The notes under the pieces are model-generated. The model was not told where the DNA came from. It did no database searches and saw nothing but the letters and a program-made list of their open reading frames with translations. Of a stretch of DNA of 64,000 nucleotides, positions 1 through 11,393 are shown one piece after another. The translations under genes were made by a program, and so were the position numbers. This DNA is from Eledone cirrhosa (Eukaryota), in NCBI GenBank assembly GCA_964016885.1, contig OZ024741.1, forward strand, positions 321,656,001 through 321,720,000, written 5' to 3'. The first letter of the stretch is position 1, and each line of letters begins with the position of its first letter.

Positions 1-357
1 TGATTCAGCTATGAGCATTAGATCATCTGCATATCGAAGTTCCCATGGGCAGCCAGTCTTGAACTCCTCTGTTATAGCCTGAAGGGCAATAATAAATAGG
101 AGGGGGCTAAGGACAGAGCCCTGATGAACACCAACTTTTACGCTAAATTCTTCACTATATTCGTTGTTAATTCTAACCTTGCTGACTGTTTCTTTATACA
201 TGGCTTGTATAGCTCTCACAAGCCATTCATCAACCCCTAGTTTTCTAAGGGCCCACCAGATAATGGCGCGGGGGGACTCTGTCAAATGCTTTCTCCAAGT
301 CAACAAAAGCTAAGTATAGGGGTTTACTTTTAGCTAGGTAGTTCTCCTGTAGTTGTC
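1..357 (-). mobile_element. RTE-clade LINE fragment (RT region), same family as 52960-55195
   Basis: Near-identical by eye to 54215-54570 (encodes LYLAFVDLEKAF...QGSVLSPLLF...); truncated by the window edge. Confidence 0.85.
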
Positions 358-1456
358 ATACATATATATATATACACAAACACACACACACACACATGTA
401 TATTTGCCTGTCTAACCCATGCTAGAATAGAAAAATGGATGTTAAACAGTGATGATGATGATGATGATGATATATATATATGTATATCATCATCATCATA
501 ATCATCAACATCATCATTCTTTAATGTTCGCATTCCCTGCTAGCAAGGTTTGAACGGGTCTACATAAACCATGTCAGTATGGAAGTGGGGCTACTGACCT
601 TCCAGACAGGCCAAAGATCTGCATCTTGCTTATGTATGATCTCACAAGTTTGAAGTTATGGCAAGTGTGGTGTGATTTGACAGGGTGATGAGTGGGCAAG
701 GAAATACGATGATAAGAACACTGAAGTAATGTGGGAAGGAGGGTGTGGATTGTTTGGTCATTAGCTCTTGGATAGGTGTGGCATTCACCAGTACCAGGAT
801 GGAGAGAATAGATAACAAGGCTCTCATATGTTTATTGTATATAGACATATAGTATATGCTTTTGTACTATTCTTTGAGCTGTTTTAGTGCTACTGCCAAT
901 ATATGACCCATGCTAGCGTGGAAAATGGACGTTAAACGATGATGATGATGATGATGATGATATCTTAATTCATTTCTGAAGGCCATTTGTAAACAGAAAC
1001 TATTTTTCCCATACAAAATGTTGAGAGAGAAATACAGTGAGAAAGAGACTGTGTGGATGACAGATAGATATCACCATAGTAACTAACTACACAGCAAGTG
1101 ATGCTTTCCTGCCAATACTCCCAGCTTGTTGCCTACTGTTGTTACTGGTTTGTGTGTTTGTTACTTGAGACACCGTTCATGAACTGAGATGTTTTATGAT
1201 GGGAAAAATTGTTGAGAATATTTATATTAAAAGTTTGTGCTATTTATGTATTACCAGTGGTTTTGTAGACATAAACACATCTAGGTCCTTCAGATGTGTT
1301 TAAGTATGTAATAAGAAAATAATGATGGTCTTAAAGTTGAATGTTATAAGGAGTTCAGATCACATGGTGGTATGGGCTTTTTAGCAGCACCACATGTTTC
1401 TAGCCATGTGGAGATATAGGTGGTCTAAGGGTGTTGTAGATAAAACATTTTGTTAC

Positions 1457-1627
1457 CTTTACATATAGTGTTGGCTGATGTCCATTTATTATCCATCTCA
1501 CACGTTGCTGTAAACTGTTCTCCCATTGGGCAGATATAGGTAACTTCAGATTCATAGCTGGTGGTGTCATATAACTTGACGGCATTACTAATTTCCTGGG
1601 GAGGACCACAGTCAATATTTTTGTAAG
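1457..1627 (-). CDS. Coding exon 5 of PAN-PAN-Sushi secreted protein: Sushi/CCP domain (AYKNIDCGPPQEISNAVKLYDTTSYESEVTYICPMGEQFTATCEMDNKWTSANTICK)
   Basis: Pyrimidine tract+CAG acceptor and G|GTAACA donor; 171 nt, phase 1-1, open frame; C-x-P-P..N...VTY-x-C...C...W....C is the CCP consensus. Not in the ORF track in this frame. Confidence 0.85.
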
Positions 1628-2457
1628 CTGAAATTGATAAAGGAAAAAATTGACATAGCTGTTACGACATTGGCTTAACTCTTCCATGACCATATTTTTA
1701 ATAAAATACACTCTATTTCAATTAATGAGGAATTTTGATTGATTTATGAAAATTATTGATTACTTCATTACGAAGATAGTACCTTAACATATTGTTCTTA
1801 TGTAAAATTATATTGGAAGGTTTAAATTTAAATAGGGACACTTTAAAATGGGTGGGTTTTGTTTTCTAAGACCAGAGCCTGTTTTGCCTGGATTGGTATA
1901 AAAAAATGATCAAATGCCTCATTATTTGTTCCAGTTCTCAGTGCTCTGAGTTCAAATACCACCAAGATCAACTTAGCCTTTTATTCTTTTGGGAGCTCAA
2001 CAAATAAAGCACCAATCTAGAGCAGTGGATTGAGGGAAGCATTAAAAAGTCAGACAAGATGCTTTAAACATTGTGTACATACACACATAGGTACATATAA
2101 ATATGTGTATACTTTTGAAATGGCAATATTGAAAGCAAATCTGTTTCCATGTCATTAGACTGTACTGCCTAAGGAATGTATTACATAAAACACTGTCTGA
2201 AGAAGTGTCAATAATTCTGTAATGGTATCATTGTGTAATAAAGACTGACACCTGAGAAATGCATATTAGACTAAATTATGTAATAAAGAGAATTATGGAA
2301 ATCTAGCCTTCGTATTCATAATAATGTATCAACTTTTGGCACAAGGCCATCAATTATCCCAGTGCATTACTGGTGTTTTATTTTAATTGTTTCTACTTTT
2401 GGCATGATAATAATAACAATAACAACTATAATTATTATTTATTATTATTACTTTATA

Positions 2458-2640
2458 TGAATTGGCAGTATCGGTAGAGGGTCGGACGCCATGCTTTGAC
2501 GTATAGAGTTACGGCCCTTGCCATTCTGAGTTCAAATCCCGCCGAGGTTAACTTTGCCTTTCATCCTTACGGGGTCGATAAAATAAAGTACCAGTAATTT
2601 ACTGGGTAATTGCTGGCCTTGTGCCAAAAGTAGAAACAAT
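2458..2640 (+). mobile_element. tRNA-derived SINE with Nin/Deu-type core (representative copy of the most abundant SINE in the window)
   Basis: A-box-like TGGCAGTATCGG, B-box GAGTTCAAATCC, core GCCTTTCATCCTTACGGGGTCGATAAAATAAAGTACC, (ATT)n tail. Other copies at about 4385-4568, 14160-14383, 14865-15046, 24405-25490, 32175-32358, 34627-34732, 39380-39585, 43417-43594, 45345-45532, 46036-46225. Confidence 0.85.
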
Positions 2641-2663
2641 TATTATTACTTTATATATATATA

Positions 2664-2721
<58 letters not shown>

Positions 2722-2914
2722 TAGCACATTGGTCCAGCAAACCAAAGATGTGGGTTCACGTTCCATGTATGTCAATGCTAAGAGCACTTAAAAAATCAAT
2801 TGCCTCAGCTGAAATGGAGGTGCCCTAGAAGTTGTTGACAGCTTTTGTTATCTTGCTAATCTAATCAGCAGTGGGGGAGGATGCTCTGAAAGTGTGGTAG
2901 GCAGAGTAAGAACA

Positions 2915-3815
2915 GACTGTTCCTACAATCAGACCTGGACACAATGCAGCAATGGATCACAGACTGGCAACTGAAGCTGGCTGTGTACTACCATGCATTT
3001 TGGGAGGAAAAAATCCAGCGTCCACATACTCCCTCCACAACACTGATATCAAGAAGTCCTCTTGTGAACGTGACCTGGACATTACTGTCAGCAGCGATCT
3101 GCGTTGGGCAAAGCATGTCTCTAAGATTGTCAAGAAGGCCGAGGGTGTCTTGGCATCACTCAGCAAGACCTTTGTTAGCCGCTCTCCAGCCATCTATTTA
3201 AAGCTGTATACAGCTATGGTACGACCACACTTGGAATTCGCATCATCAGTCTGGAACCCCTATCTTGCTCAGAACATTGACCTCCTGGAAACTGTTCAGA
3301 GACGTGCAACCAAACGCATACCCTCCATCAGACACCTACCATACTCTGAACGCCTTGCTTCTCTGGGCATGGATTCATTGAAGCTCCGACGTCTGGCAAT
3401 GGACTTGGTAAACACCCACAAAGTATTTAACCATCTCACCAACAACAACCCTGAGCACCTTTTTGATCTCCACGTGTCTAACACACGTGGACATGCCTAC
3501 AAAATCAGAAAACAGCACAGCTCCCATGACTTTCGGAAACATTTTTTCACGATCAGAGTTGCTGAAGCATGGAACAAACTGCCTGCGTCAGTTGTTAGCT
3601 GCCGAGACACTGCATCCTTTAAAACCCTCATGCTTCCCGAAATTCACCAAAACTACACCTGATGTACCCCTTCCATACACATGCACACATGTGTATATCA
3701 TGACTGTTCATTTTCCTGTTGTTTGTACATTACCCTATGTACTATACATACACTTTTTGATGAGTTGTAGTGCACCTGAGCACTGTACACAATATTTTCA
3801 TTATTATTATTATTC
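2915..3815 (+). mobile_element. CR1/L2-group LINE 3' end (5'-truncated ORF2 C-terminus + 3'UTR + (TTA)n tail)
   Basis: ORF 2952..3662 has LYTAMVRPHLEFASSVWNP, LETVQRRATK, TRGH-x2-K, FFTIRV...WNKLP, the typical CR1-group C-terminal motifs. Confidence 0.88.
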
Positions 3816-3872
3816 ATAGTTTTTCATTCACCAATAATTCACACACACAAACAATGAAATAATTTTACTTAC

Positions 3873-4106
3873 CTGGGTTTAAGATATAAATGTCCCACCC
3901 CCATCTGTTGGGTGAAATGTCGTTAGTCAAATGAGTTACGTTGCTCAAATCACATCTTTTATTTTCCTCTTTGAACTCAAAAGAAGTACATTCGGGATGT
4001 TCTCGGCAAGCAAATTTGCACCCCTTTAAATCCATGTTCTTAAGTAGTCCAAGGTTATCTTCTCTTGGTATGCTTCCTCTTTTTAATACAATAAATTCAT
4101 CATTGG
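3873..4106 (-). CDS. Coding exon 4: second PAN/Apple domain (NDEFIVLKRGSIPREDNLGLLKNMDLKGCKFACREHPECTSFEFKEENKRCDLSNVTHLTNDISPNRWGWDIYILNP)
   Basis: ttttttgcag| acceptor, G|GTAAGT donor, 234 nt phase 1-1, no stops; C-x3-C-x5-C-x-SF...C-x-L...WD-x-Y PAN pattern. Confidence 0.88.
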
Positions 4107-4271
4107 CTGCAAAAAATAAAAAAAAATTACTGTATATATATATATATATATAAATATATATATATACTTATCCTATATATATATACATATATATATATGT
4201 GTGTGTGTCGGGTTCAATCGGAGGGGGGGGGGGGGTAACCACAGTAAGTAAGGTACTCAATACATAGCAAA

Positions 4272-4385
4272 GTATAAATATTTAATATAGAAATGGCTTC
4301 TACAGGAAGAATTGTTTCATTCGAAGGAAATCATTGATGATTTCCTTTGAATGAAACAGTTCTAGTCTTGTAGAAGTATTATATA
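4272..4385. repeat. Fold-back element with degenerate hammerhead core at the centre
   Basis: gtttcattcgaaggaaatca-ttga-tgatttcctttgaatgaaac inverted repeat centred near 4335; related copy at 5150-5228. Confidence 0.6.
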
Positions 4386-5061
4386 TTGTTTCTACTTTAG
4401 GCACAAGGCCAGCAATTACCCAGTGCATTACTGGTACTTTATTTTATCGACCCCGTAAGGATGAAAGGCAAGGTCAACCTCGGCGGGATTTGAACTCAGA
4501 TCGTAAAGGGACGTAACTATGCTGGAAAGCATGGCGTCCGACCCTCTACCGATACTGCCAATCCACCGTACTTTCTATATTATATATATATTATATATAT
4601 ATTTCTATATTATATATAGTCGTAGCTGGATTTTTAAGGCAGTGTATAAAGTTTCACATTAATATTTTTATTGATTATTGACCCATTACATATATATTTC
4701 ACAGATAATTGATTTAAGGCCCATATTTGTATTATAGATTAACTTGATTAACATGTCCAGTGAGCAGATTGATGCCGAAATCGGGTTTCTATGACAAATA
4801 AAGATCTTGAGCCAATCATCAGTGAAAAGCATGTTAAGTGTTCAATAATAAATAAAAACATTAATGTGAAACTTTGTCTTGCTATACTTTATATATATAG
4901 TAGTAAGAAACTCTCGGGAGAGCTGGACAGCAGAAGTTCTTCAAAGAAGAAACCCTCTCAAGCAAGTGCTTGGGCCCTTAACTTATATATATATATACTT
5001 TATATATATATAAAAAGCAGACGTAAAACGATGATGATGATATATATATATATATATATGC

Positions 5062-5147
<86 letters not shown>

Positions 5148-5149
5148 TT

Positions 5150-5205
5150 GAAGCTTTTCTGATGATTTACTTAAAATGAAACAGTTCTAGTTCTGTAGAA
5201 GCCAT
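5150..5205 (+). ncRNA. Putative minimal type-I hammerhead ribozyme (weak stems I/II)
   Basis: CTGATGA at 5159-5165, short stem II, GAAAC-AG...CT-GTA (4-bp stem III, GUA triplet), then GAAGC partly complementary to the upstream gctttt. Confidence 0.5.
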
Positions 5206-5227
5206 TTCTATATTGAATATTATTTAT

Positions 5228-5570
5228 ATCATCATCATCATTCATTTCATTTTACGTCAGCTTTACCCTGCTTGCAAGGGTGGGACGGGAACTGATTCTG
5301 GCTTGATTTCTACAGCTGGATGCCCTTCCTAACACCAACCTCATTTACAGTGAGTGCTGGGTGCTTTTTTGCCGTGGCACCTCCACGTCCACTTTGCAGT
5401 GGAATAATAGGGACCCCAGTCCCTATCATCTCATTTCTACAGCTGAGTAAACTGGAGCAATGTGAAATAAAGTGTCTTGCTCAAGGAAACAACACATCAC
5501 CCGGTCTGAGAATTGAACTCACAATCTTTCGATTGCAAGGCCAATGCTCTAACCACTAAGCCATGTGCTT
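5228..5570 (-). mobile_element. tRNA-derived CORE-type SINE with RTE-derived 3' tail (other copies about 17761-18090 -, 41090-41428 +; older relatives about 16640-16800, 43055-43190, 43885-44030, 48995-49440)
   Basis: On the minus strand: TGGCTTAGTGGTT A box, GAGTTCAATTC B box, CCTTGAGCAAGACACTT CORE-like motif, tail ending ...GACGTAAAATGAAATGAATGATGATG. Confidence 0.8.
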
Positions 5571-5575
5571 CCACT

Positions 5576-5581
<6 letters not shown>

Positions 5582-5658
<77 letters not shown>

Positions 5659-5695
5659 GCACACACACACACACACAAGCACACACACACACACA
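5582..5695. repeat. (CA)n microsatellite
   Basis: Direct reading. Many other (TA)n, (CA)n, (GA)n and (ATG)n tracts occur, e.g. 2652-2717, 5040-5146, 10425-10700, 26280-26420, 60943-60997. Confidence 0.95.
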
Positions 5696-6447
5696 AAGGG
5701 AGAGTGATCGTCAGTCTGTTTCTCGCTTGTTAGCATTTATCAAGACCACACACTCTGCTGTCTCTGCCAAGAATATACTATACATACATTCATGTATACA
5801 TCGCTATTTCATAGCACAAATACTAATACCTAATTTTTGCTGGACTAGCAATTGCTCTGTTTAATCAGCTCTTAAATATTACTGTAAGTCTATAAGAATC
5901 CAACTTCTATAATACTCAGCAGAAGGATGGGTGTGTGGAGTCTTGATAAATGCTAACAAGCAAGAAACAGTCTGTCGATCCCCCTCCCCTTTTTTTTGCC
6001 GAGAATAAGTAAGTGATATAGTCACTATTTTAAAACTCATAGCGAATGGTCTTCAAAATGTTTTTAATTAAACATATAGTATATTGCCAAATATACTATA
6101 CATACATTCATGTATACATCGCTATTTCATAGCACAAATACTAATATATATATATATAGAGAGAGATAGATAGATAGATAGATCTATATATATGTATGTA
6201 ATTGAGTGGGCATGCCTTCTTTCATTTTTCCCCCTCTGATGAATTCTTATTGGTTTGTTTCTTTTGTAAACCATATATAACCATATATATTATATCAAGA
6301 GGGTTTATATGTAAATAAACATAATATTACTTTGATAACTGAGAGAAAGAGCAACATTCCTTGTTATTGTGTGTAATTGAGTATACTTGTTTTCTCTGGT
6401 TTGTTTCTTTAGTAAATCATAGTTGTTATATAAAGGGGGATAATTAC

Positions 6448-6693
6448 GTTTTACTTTTTGGTAGTAGTTCCTGGACTTAGTTTTCTTTATTTCCCGAAAA
6501 GTAACAGCATTTTCCTGGGCAAAGAAACATCTTGGTCTTCCTTTAGTCATTTCAAATGATAAACACTTTCTGTCAGCCCAACACTTTTCTGCACAAGCAA
6601 GTTCTGTTACATTCTCATGATTCCAGGCTACTTTTTCAGACAAAACCAGAATTGCATTCTGGATTTTTACAAAATGGTTCCGAACATCTGGAG
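6448..6693 (-). CDS. Coding exon 3: first PAN/Apple domain (APDVRNHFVKIQNA...ACAEKCWADRKCLSFE...RCFF...NYYQKVK)
   Basis: ttttacttcag| acceptor, C|GTAATT donor, 246 nt phase 1-1; lies within ORF 6305..6733; PAN cysteine spacing. Confidence 0.88.
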
Positions 6694-6761
6694 CTGAAGT
6701 AAAATTTATACAAATTAAAAACAATAACAACAATAATAATGTAAAAACAGCAACAACAATA

Positions 6762-8100
6762 CTTTAGACATAAGGCCAGTAATTTTGGAAGAGGGGGAAA
6801 TCAATTAAATCGATCCCAGTAGTGGACTGGTACTTTAGTTTATTGACCCCAGGAGGATGAAAGCCAAAGCTAACCTCAGAAGGATTTGAACACTAAAATG
6901 ATTTCTAATTTAGGCACAAGGCCAGCAGATATGGAGAGATGACAAAGTTGATTAAATCAAACCCAGCACTTGACTAGTACTTTATTTTACCAACCCCAAA
7001 AGGATGAAAGACATAATTAACCTCAGCAGGATTTGAACTCAGAATGTAAAGAGTCAGAACAAACACTGCAACATTTTATCCACCACTCTAACAATTCTGC
7101 AATCCACCATCCTTGATAACAATAATAATAATTGCATCTGCTTTTGGCACAAGGCCAGCAATTTGAAGGGAAAGGGAAAAGTCAATTAAATCAACCCCAG
7201 TGTGTTATTGGTACTTTATTTTATCAACCCCATAAGGATTGAACTCAGAACATAAAGGTTTGTAATTATATGCTGCAAAGTGTGTTGTTGAGACTCTACA
7301 AATGCTGCTAATTCACTACCCTAACAACATTAATAATTGTTTCTACTTTTGGCACAAGGCCAGCAATTACCTAGTGCATTACTGGTACTTTATTTTAACC
7401 TCAGTAGGATTTGAATTCAGAACATAAAGGGCCGCAAAGCACGGTGTCTGACACTCTACCGATACTGCCAATCTGCCATCCTTAATTATTAACAACATTA
7501 ATAATAATAATTGTTTCTATTTTAGGCACAAAGCTAGCAATTTGAAAGGGAGGGGATAGTCAATTAAATTGACCCCAGAGCATGACTTGTACTTTATTTA
7601 TCGACCCCCATAAGGATGAAAGGCAAAGCTAACGTCAGTAGGATTTGAACTCAGAACGTAACGGGTGGTGAAGCAAGGTGTCCAGTGCTCTAATAATAAT
7701 ATTTTTACATACATAAGGCAAGGAGGATAATTTAAGGTAAGCGGTTAATTTATTATATTTCCCCAGTACTTGACTGGTACTTTATTTTATTAATACCAGA
7801 AGGATGATTGGCAATGTTGATTTGAGCAGGATTTGAACTCAGGATGTAAAGAGCTCGAACAAATATTGCAAGGTATTTTATCTGAAACTCTAACACTACC
7901 ACCAATCACCTAATAATTGTTTCTACTTTTTTGCACAAGGCCAGCAATTACCCAGTACATTACTGGTACTTTATTTTGTCGACCCCGTAAGGATGAAAGG
8001 CAAACTTAACCTCGGCGGGATTTGATCTCAGAATGGCAAGGGCCGTAACTCTATGCATCAAAGCATGGCGTCCGACCCTCTACCAATACTGCCAATTCAC
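6762..8100 (-). mobile_element. Head-to-tail cluster of about 7 Nin/Deu-core SINE copies of differing divergence
   Basis: Repeated ggcacaaggccagcaatt...ggtactttattttatcgacccc...ggatgaaaggcaaag...ggatttgaactcag units separated by (AAT)n. Confidence 0.85.
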
Positions 8101-8994
8101 AATTCAACAGTTTGCTTTGTAGCTATGTGGTTCTGTATTTGGTATTACTGTACAACAACATGAGCTAGTGTCTTCTACTATAGCTCTATGATTGAAGTGA
8201 AGTATATTGGCAAAGAAAATAGCTCTTGGTGAGAACACTCCTAAAAAAAAAAAAAAAATAATAAATAAAATCAGTGACACTCTCGCTCACCATTCTAACT
8301 ACAATGAGCCATTGGTAGGGAATCAAATTCATTCCAGAACTTCATTTCGTATTTAAGGACAATTTGTTGCTAAATTTCAACAAATACCAAAATTAATAAA
8401 ACACAAATTATTGATAAAATAAATACTCCTCTCAGGTCTTGAATACCCCCCCCCCCCTCCCCCCGCTTATTAATTTTTCAGATCCCCCCCCCCCCCACAC
8501 ACACACACACTTTTATTCCATTACCATCCCCAATTTATTAAATTTTGCTAATCTATCTCCAGCAAAATTTTATTGCAAGTGATTTATATTGATACAGCAG
8601 CTGGAGAATCTAATAATAATTTTATTTTACATTAAAAAAAACATTATATGTAACAAAAAAATAGAACATTACAAGAAATCTCATTTACGAACGTACACTA
8701 TACAATTACCAATTCCCCCACCCTCCATACTCATTTATTCCAACTCCCCTGCTTATAAGAATTTAAACAAATGTCCAACCCCCTCCCCTGCTTATTCCAC
8801 CCCCACTCCACTCTATTATTTGGGACCCGAGAGTACATCAAATAATAAATTAACAGTTGTACAATAAAATAATAAATAAAAACAATCACTTTCAATTTAT
8901 TATTTTGTTTGCGTGATCCTTCATGACCTTAGTTTTTAATTCACCATTTCTAGTATGAAAATCATTCATTGATATGATTTCATTTGTTACTCAA

Positions 8995-9223
8995 TTAATC
9001 CTTTAGCATTTAAACCGGCCATATTCGACCGGAATTCTCTCACCTCTTTCTGTTCAAATCGGCCATAACCGGCTGCTCATACTTATGTTAAGGTTTTGTT
9101 CTCAAAATAAATAATATCAAAATCTCGTAGATTTGATATTATGTAAGATAATTATGTGAGATAAAGCCTTTACCATTAAAATACAATAGTAATTATAGAA
9201 TAATATAAATGCTAAAGGGTTAA
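8995..9223. mobile_element. About 220-bp MITE with TTAA target duplication and CCCTTTAGCATT-like TIRs (piggyBac-type); further copies 10978-11216, 14744-15130, 22605-22820, 32914-33116, 43386-43804, 45533-45747, 49031-49256, 61460-61683
   Basis: ttaa|(c/t)cctttagcatt ... aatgctaaaggg|ttaa termini and a shared internal sequence (gttctcaaaataaataatatcaaaatctc...gataaagcctttacc). Confidence 0.85.
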
Positions 9224-9350
9224 TGGGAAAGTATTCATTATGACAGACATTAATCTGCAGGAAACCTGCATCTAATGGAGCTATTGCTCACAAAATGCAA
9301 TATAAATAAAACAAACATATTCAAAGATATATCAACAAACATGACCTTAC

Positions 9351-9377
9351 CTGATTGAGCACACGCTGCAGGGTTTA
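9351..9377 (-). CDS. Coding micro-exon 2 (27 nt, LNPAACAQS): end of signal peptide
   Basis: aatttcag| acceptor and G|GTAAGG donor; phase 1-1; joins exon 1 to exon 3 in frame and supplies an A-x-A cleavage-type motif. Confidence 0.72.
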
Positions 9378-9654
9378 CTGAAATTTCAGAAAATAATGAT
9401 TTATTAATAAATAGACTATTAATTTCATCTTTGAAGAGGAAAGATTTTTCAGTAATTCTAAAAATCTTTCAAATAATTTATAAAAAAAAAAAAGATTATC
9501 TCCACAGATAAAGTTAATAGCTTAATCCTTTTGATACCAACCCAGCCAAAGCCACCCAGTTCCTATTTAAATTAAAATCCCATGATCATTTTATATAAAA
9601 ACCATATGTTTAATTACTATCTTAATAGTGAAAAAAATTATAATTTTAGTAAAC

Positions 9655-10020
9655 CCCTCATCAGGGATGCCACATGCACAGACACATTCACCAGCAGCAA
9701 CCTGCTGCAGTCTGCGACTAACTCAGGCTCTGCTGCACTTTGGGCTGAAGAGGGTAAACTCTCCAAATATCGGTTGCTCTCAACAGGTTTGCAGTCAAGC
9801 CTAACGGCAGTGGAGACTTCTGGTGTCCTTGACCCTAGGGCCACCTCCCTGCTCACCCTCATCAGCACAGAGTTGGCTACCCGCATCTCCCTCACCATCC
9901 TCTGGGGCAACGCCTTCTCCATTCTGTCCACCAGGGAAATGGGGCAGCCAGCATGTGGACCCCCATTTGTTCATAATAGTGAGAGATGGGAAGAGTGGGT
10001 GAGACGGAGGCAGTGACAGC
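9655..10020 (+). mobile_element. 3' fragment of a CRE-like non-LTR retrotransposon (C-terminal restriction-like endonuclease); related fragments about 11995-12150 and 51670-52110
   Basis: DATCTDT...SGSAALWAEEGKLSKY...AVETSG...RISL...GNAFSIL motif string; 11921 ORF ends WLFQRISLAVLQRNAFSIL. Clade assignment is from motif recall. Confidence 0.6.
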
Positions 10021-10326
10021 AGGAGTTTGGTTCTTTTGTGTTTGGACCTTGTGTATGTGTATATGTTTCATAGACGCACACTCATGTGTTTTGAAATAAA
10101 GTAGATTAAGACACCAATGTATCAGTCATTAATGGAAATAGAGTGTATTTCATTAGAAATATAGTCATGAAAAGGTTAAACAAATGGCTATCATTCCTTA
10201 AAAAACACTAGTCAGTAACAGAGAAAATATAGTTTTAAATTTTCCTTCACAAAGTACAAATCAATCCCCAAATCAAATAACATAAAAATAAGGGAAATTT
10301 TTTTTTTTAAATCTAAACAAACTTAC

Positions 10327-10372
10327 ATAAACAACTATACAAGATCCCAAGCACCAATGCATAGCCTGACAT
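10327..10372 (-). CDS. Coding exon 1: start codon and hydrophobic signal peptide (MSGYALVLGILYSCL)
   Basis: AAGATGT start, 46 nt, T|GTAAGT donor in phase 1; spliced product MSGYALVLGILYSCLLNPAACAQSAPDVRNHF... Confidence 0.75.
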
Positions 10373-10492
10373 CTTGACTTAGGATTAGTAGAAAGAAAAG
10401 AAAACTGAGAAAATTTGCCAGTGTGTATGATATGTATATATACATAAATATATATGTATGTATATGTATATATACATACATATATGTATATA

Positions 10493-10523
<31 letters not shown>

Positions 10524-10593
10524 TATGTGTATATATATATATATAAATATATGTTATGTGTGTATATATATATATATATATATGTTATGTGTG

Positions 10594-10630
<37 letters not shown>

Positions 10631-11314
10631 ATAAGTGTGTATAGTTCTGTATGTGTGCATGTATATCTGTGTGTGTGTATATATGTATGTATTTGTAAGT
10701 GTTTGCATAGGAAATCAATATATATGTGTGTGAAGCAGGGTGTTTTGTAGGTGTTTCAATATGAATTGTTAAATAGAGTTTATTTCTATGTAAAGGTGTA
10801 TACATTTCTGTTTATATAAATAATTCCATATGTGAATAGATAAATAAATCCCAACCATCGCCATCATCGTCTTATTTTCTATCCACTTTTCTGCAATGGC
10901 ATCAGCTGGAGGGGATTTTTAAAGGCAATGTCCAATAGGTGGATGCTCTTCCTGACACCAACCCATGTAATCACTTTTTAACCCTTTAGCATTCACTATA
11001 TATATACATTACTCTATATATACTATTATATTTTCATGGTAAAGGCTTTATCTGACATAAATATCTCACATAATATCGAATCTATGAGATTTTGAAAGTA
11101 TTTATTTTGAGAACAATACCTTAACATCAGTTTGAGTAACCAGTTACAGCCAGTTTCAACAGAAAAAGGTAGAGAATTCTGGCCGGTTTGGGCCGGTTTG
11201 AACATTAAAGGGTTAAAACAAGAAGGTATACAGTGTAAATATTTTAAAATCACACACACAAACACATACATACACGAGCACACACATACACATGCACACA
11301 CATACACATGCACA

Positions 11315-11393
<79 letters not shown>

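Noticed and set aside
2458-2545. tRNA genes (A/B boxes)
   Set aside because: The boxes belong to SINE heads; no cloverleaf can be formed and each continues into the SINE core and tail.
6694-6733. MLLLFLICINFTS as signal peptide of a single-exon 142-aa protein
   Set aside because: It starts at a non-ATG codon and corresponds to the intronic pyrimidine tract; the real leader comes from exons at 10372 and 9377.
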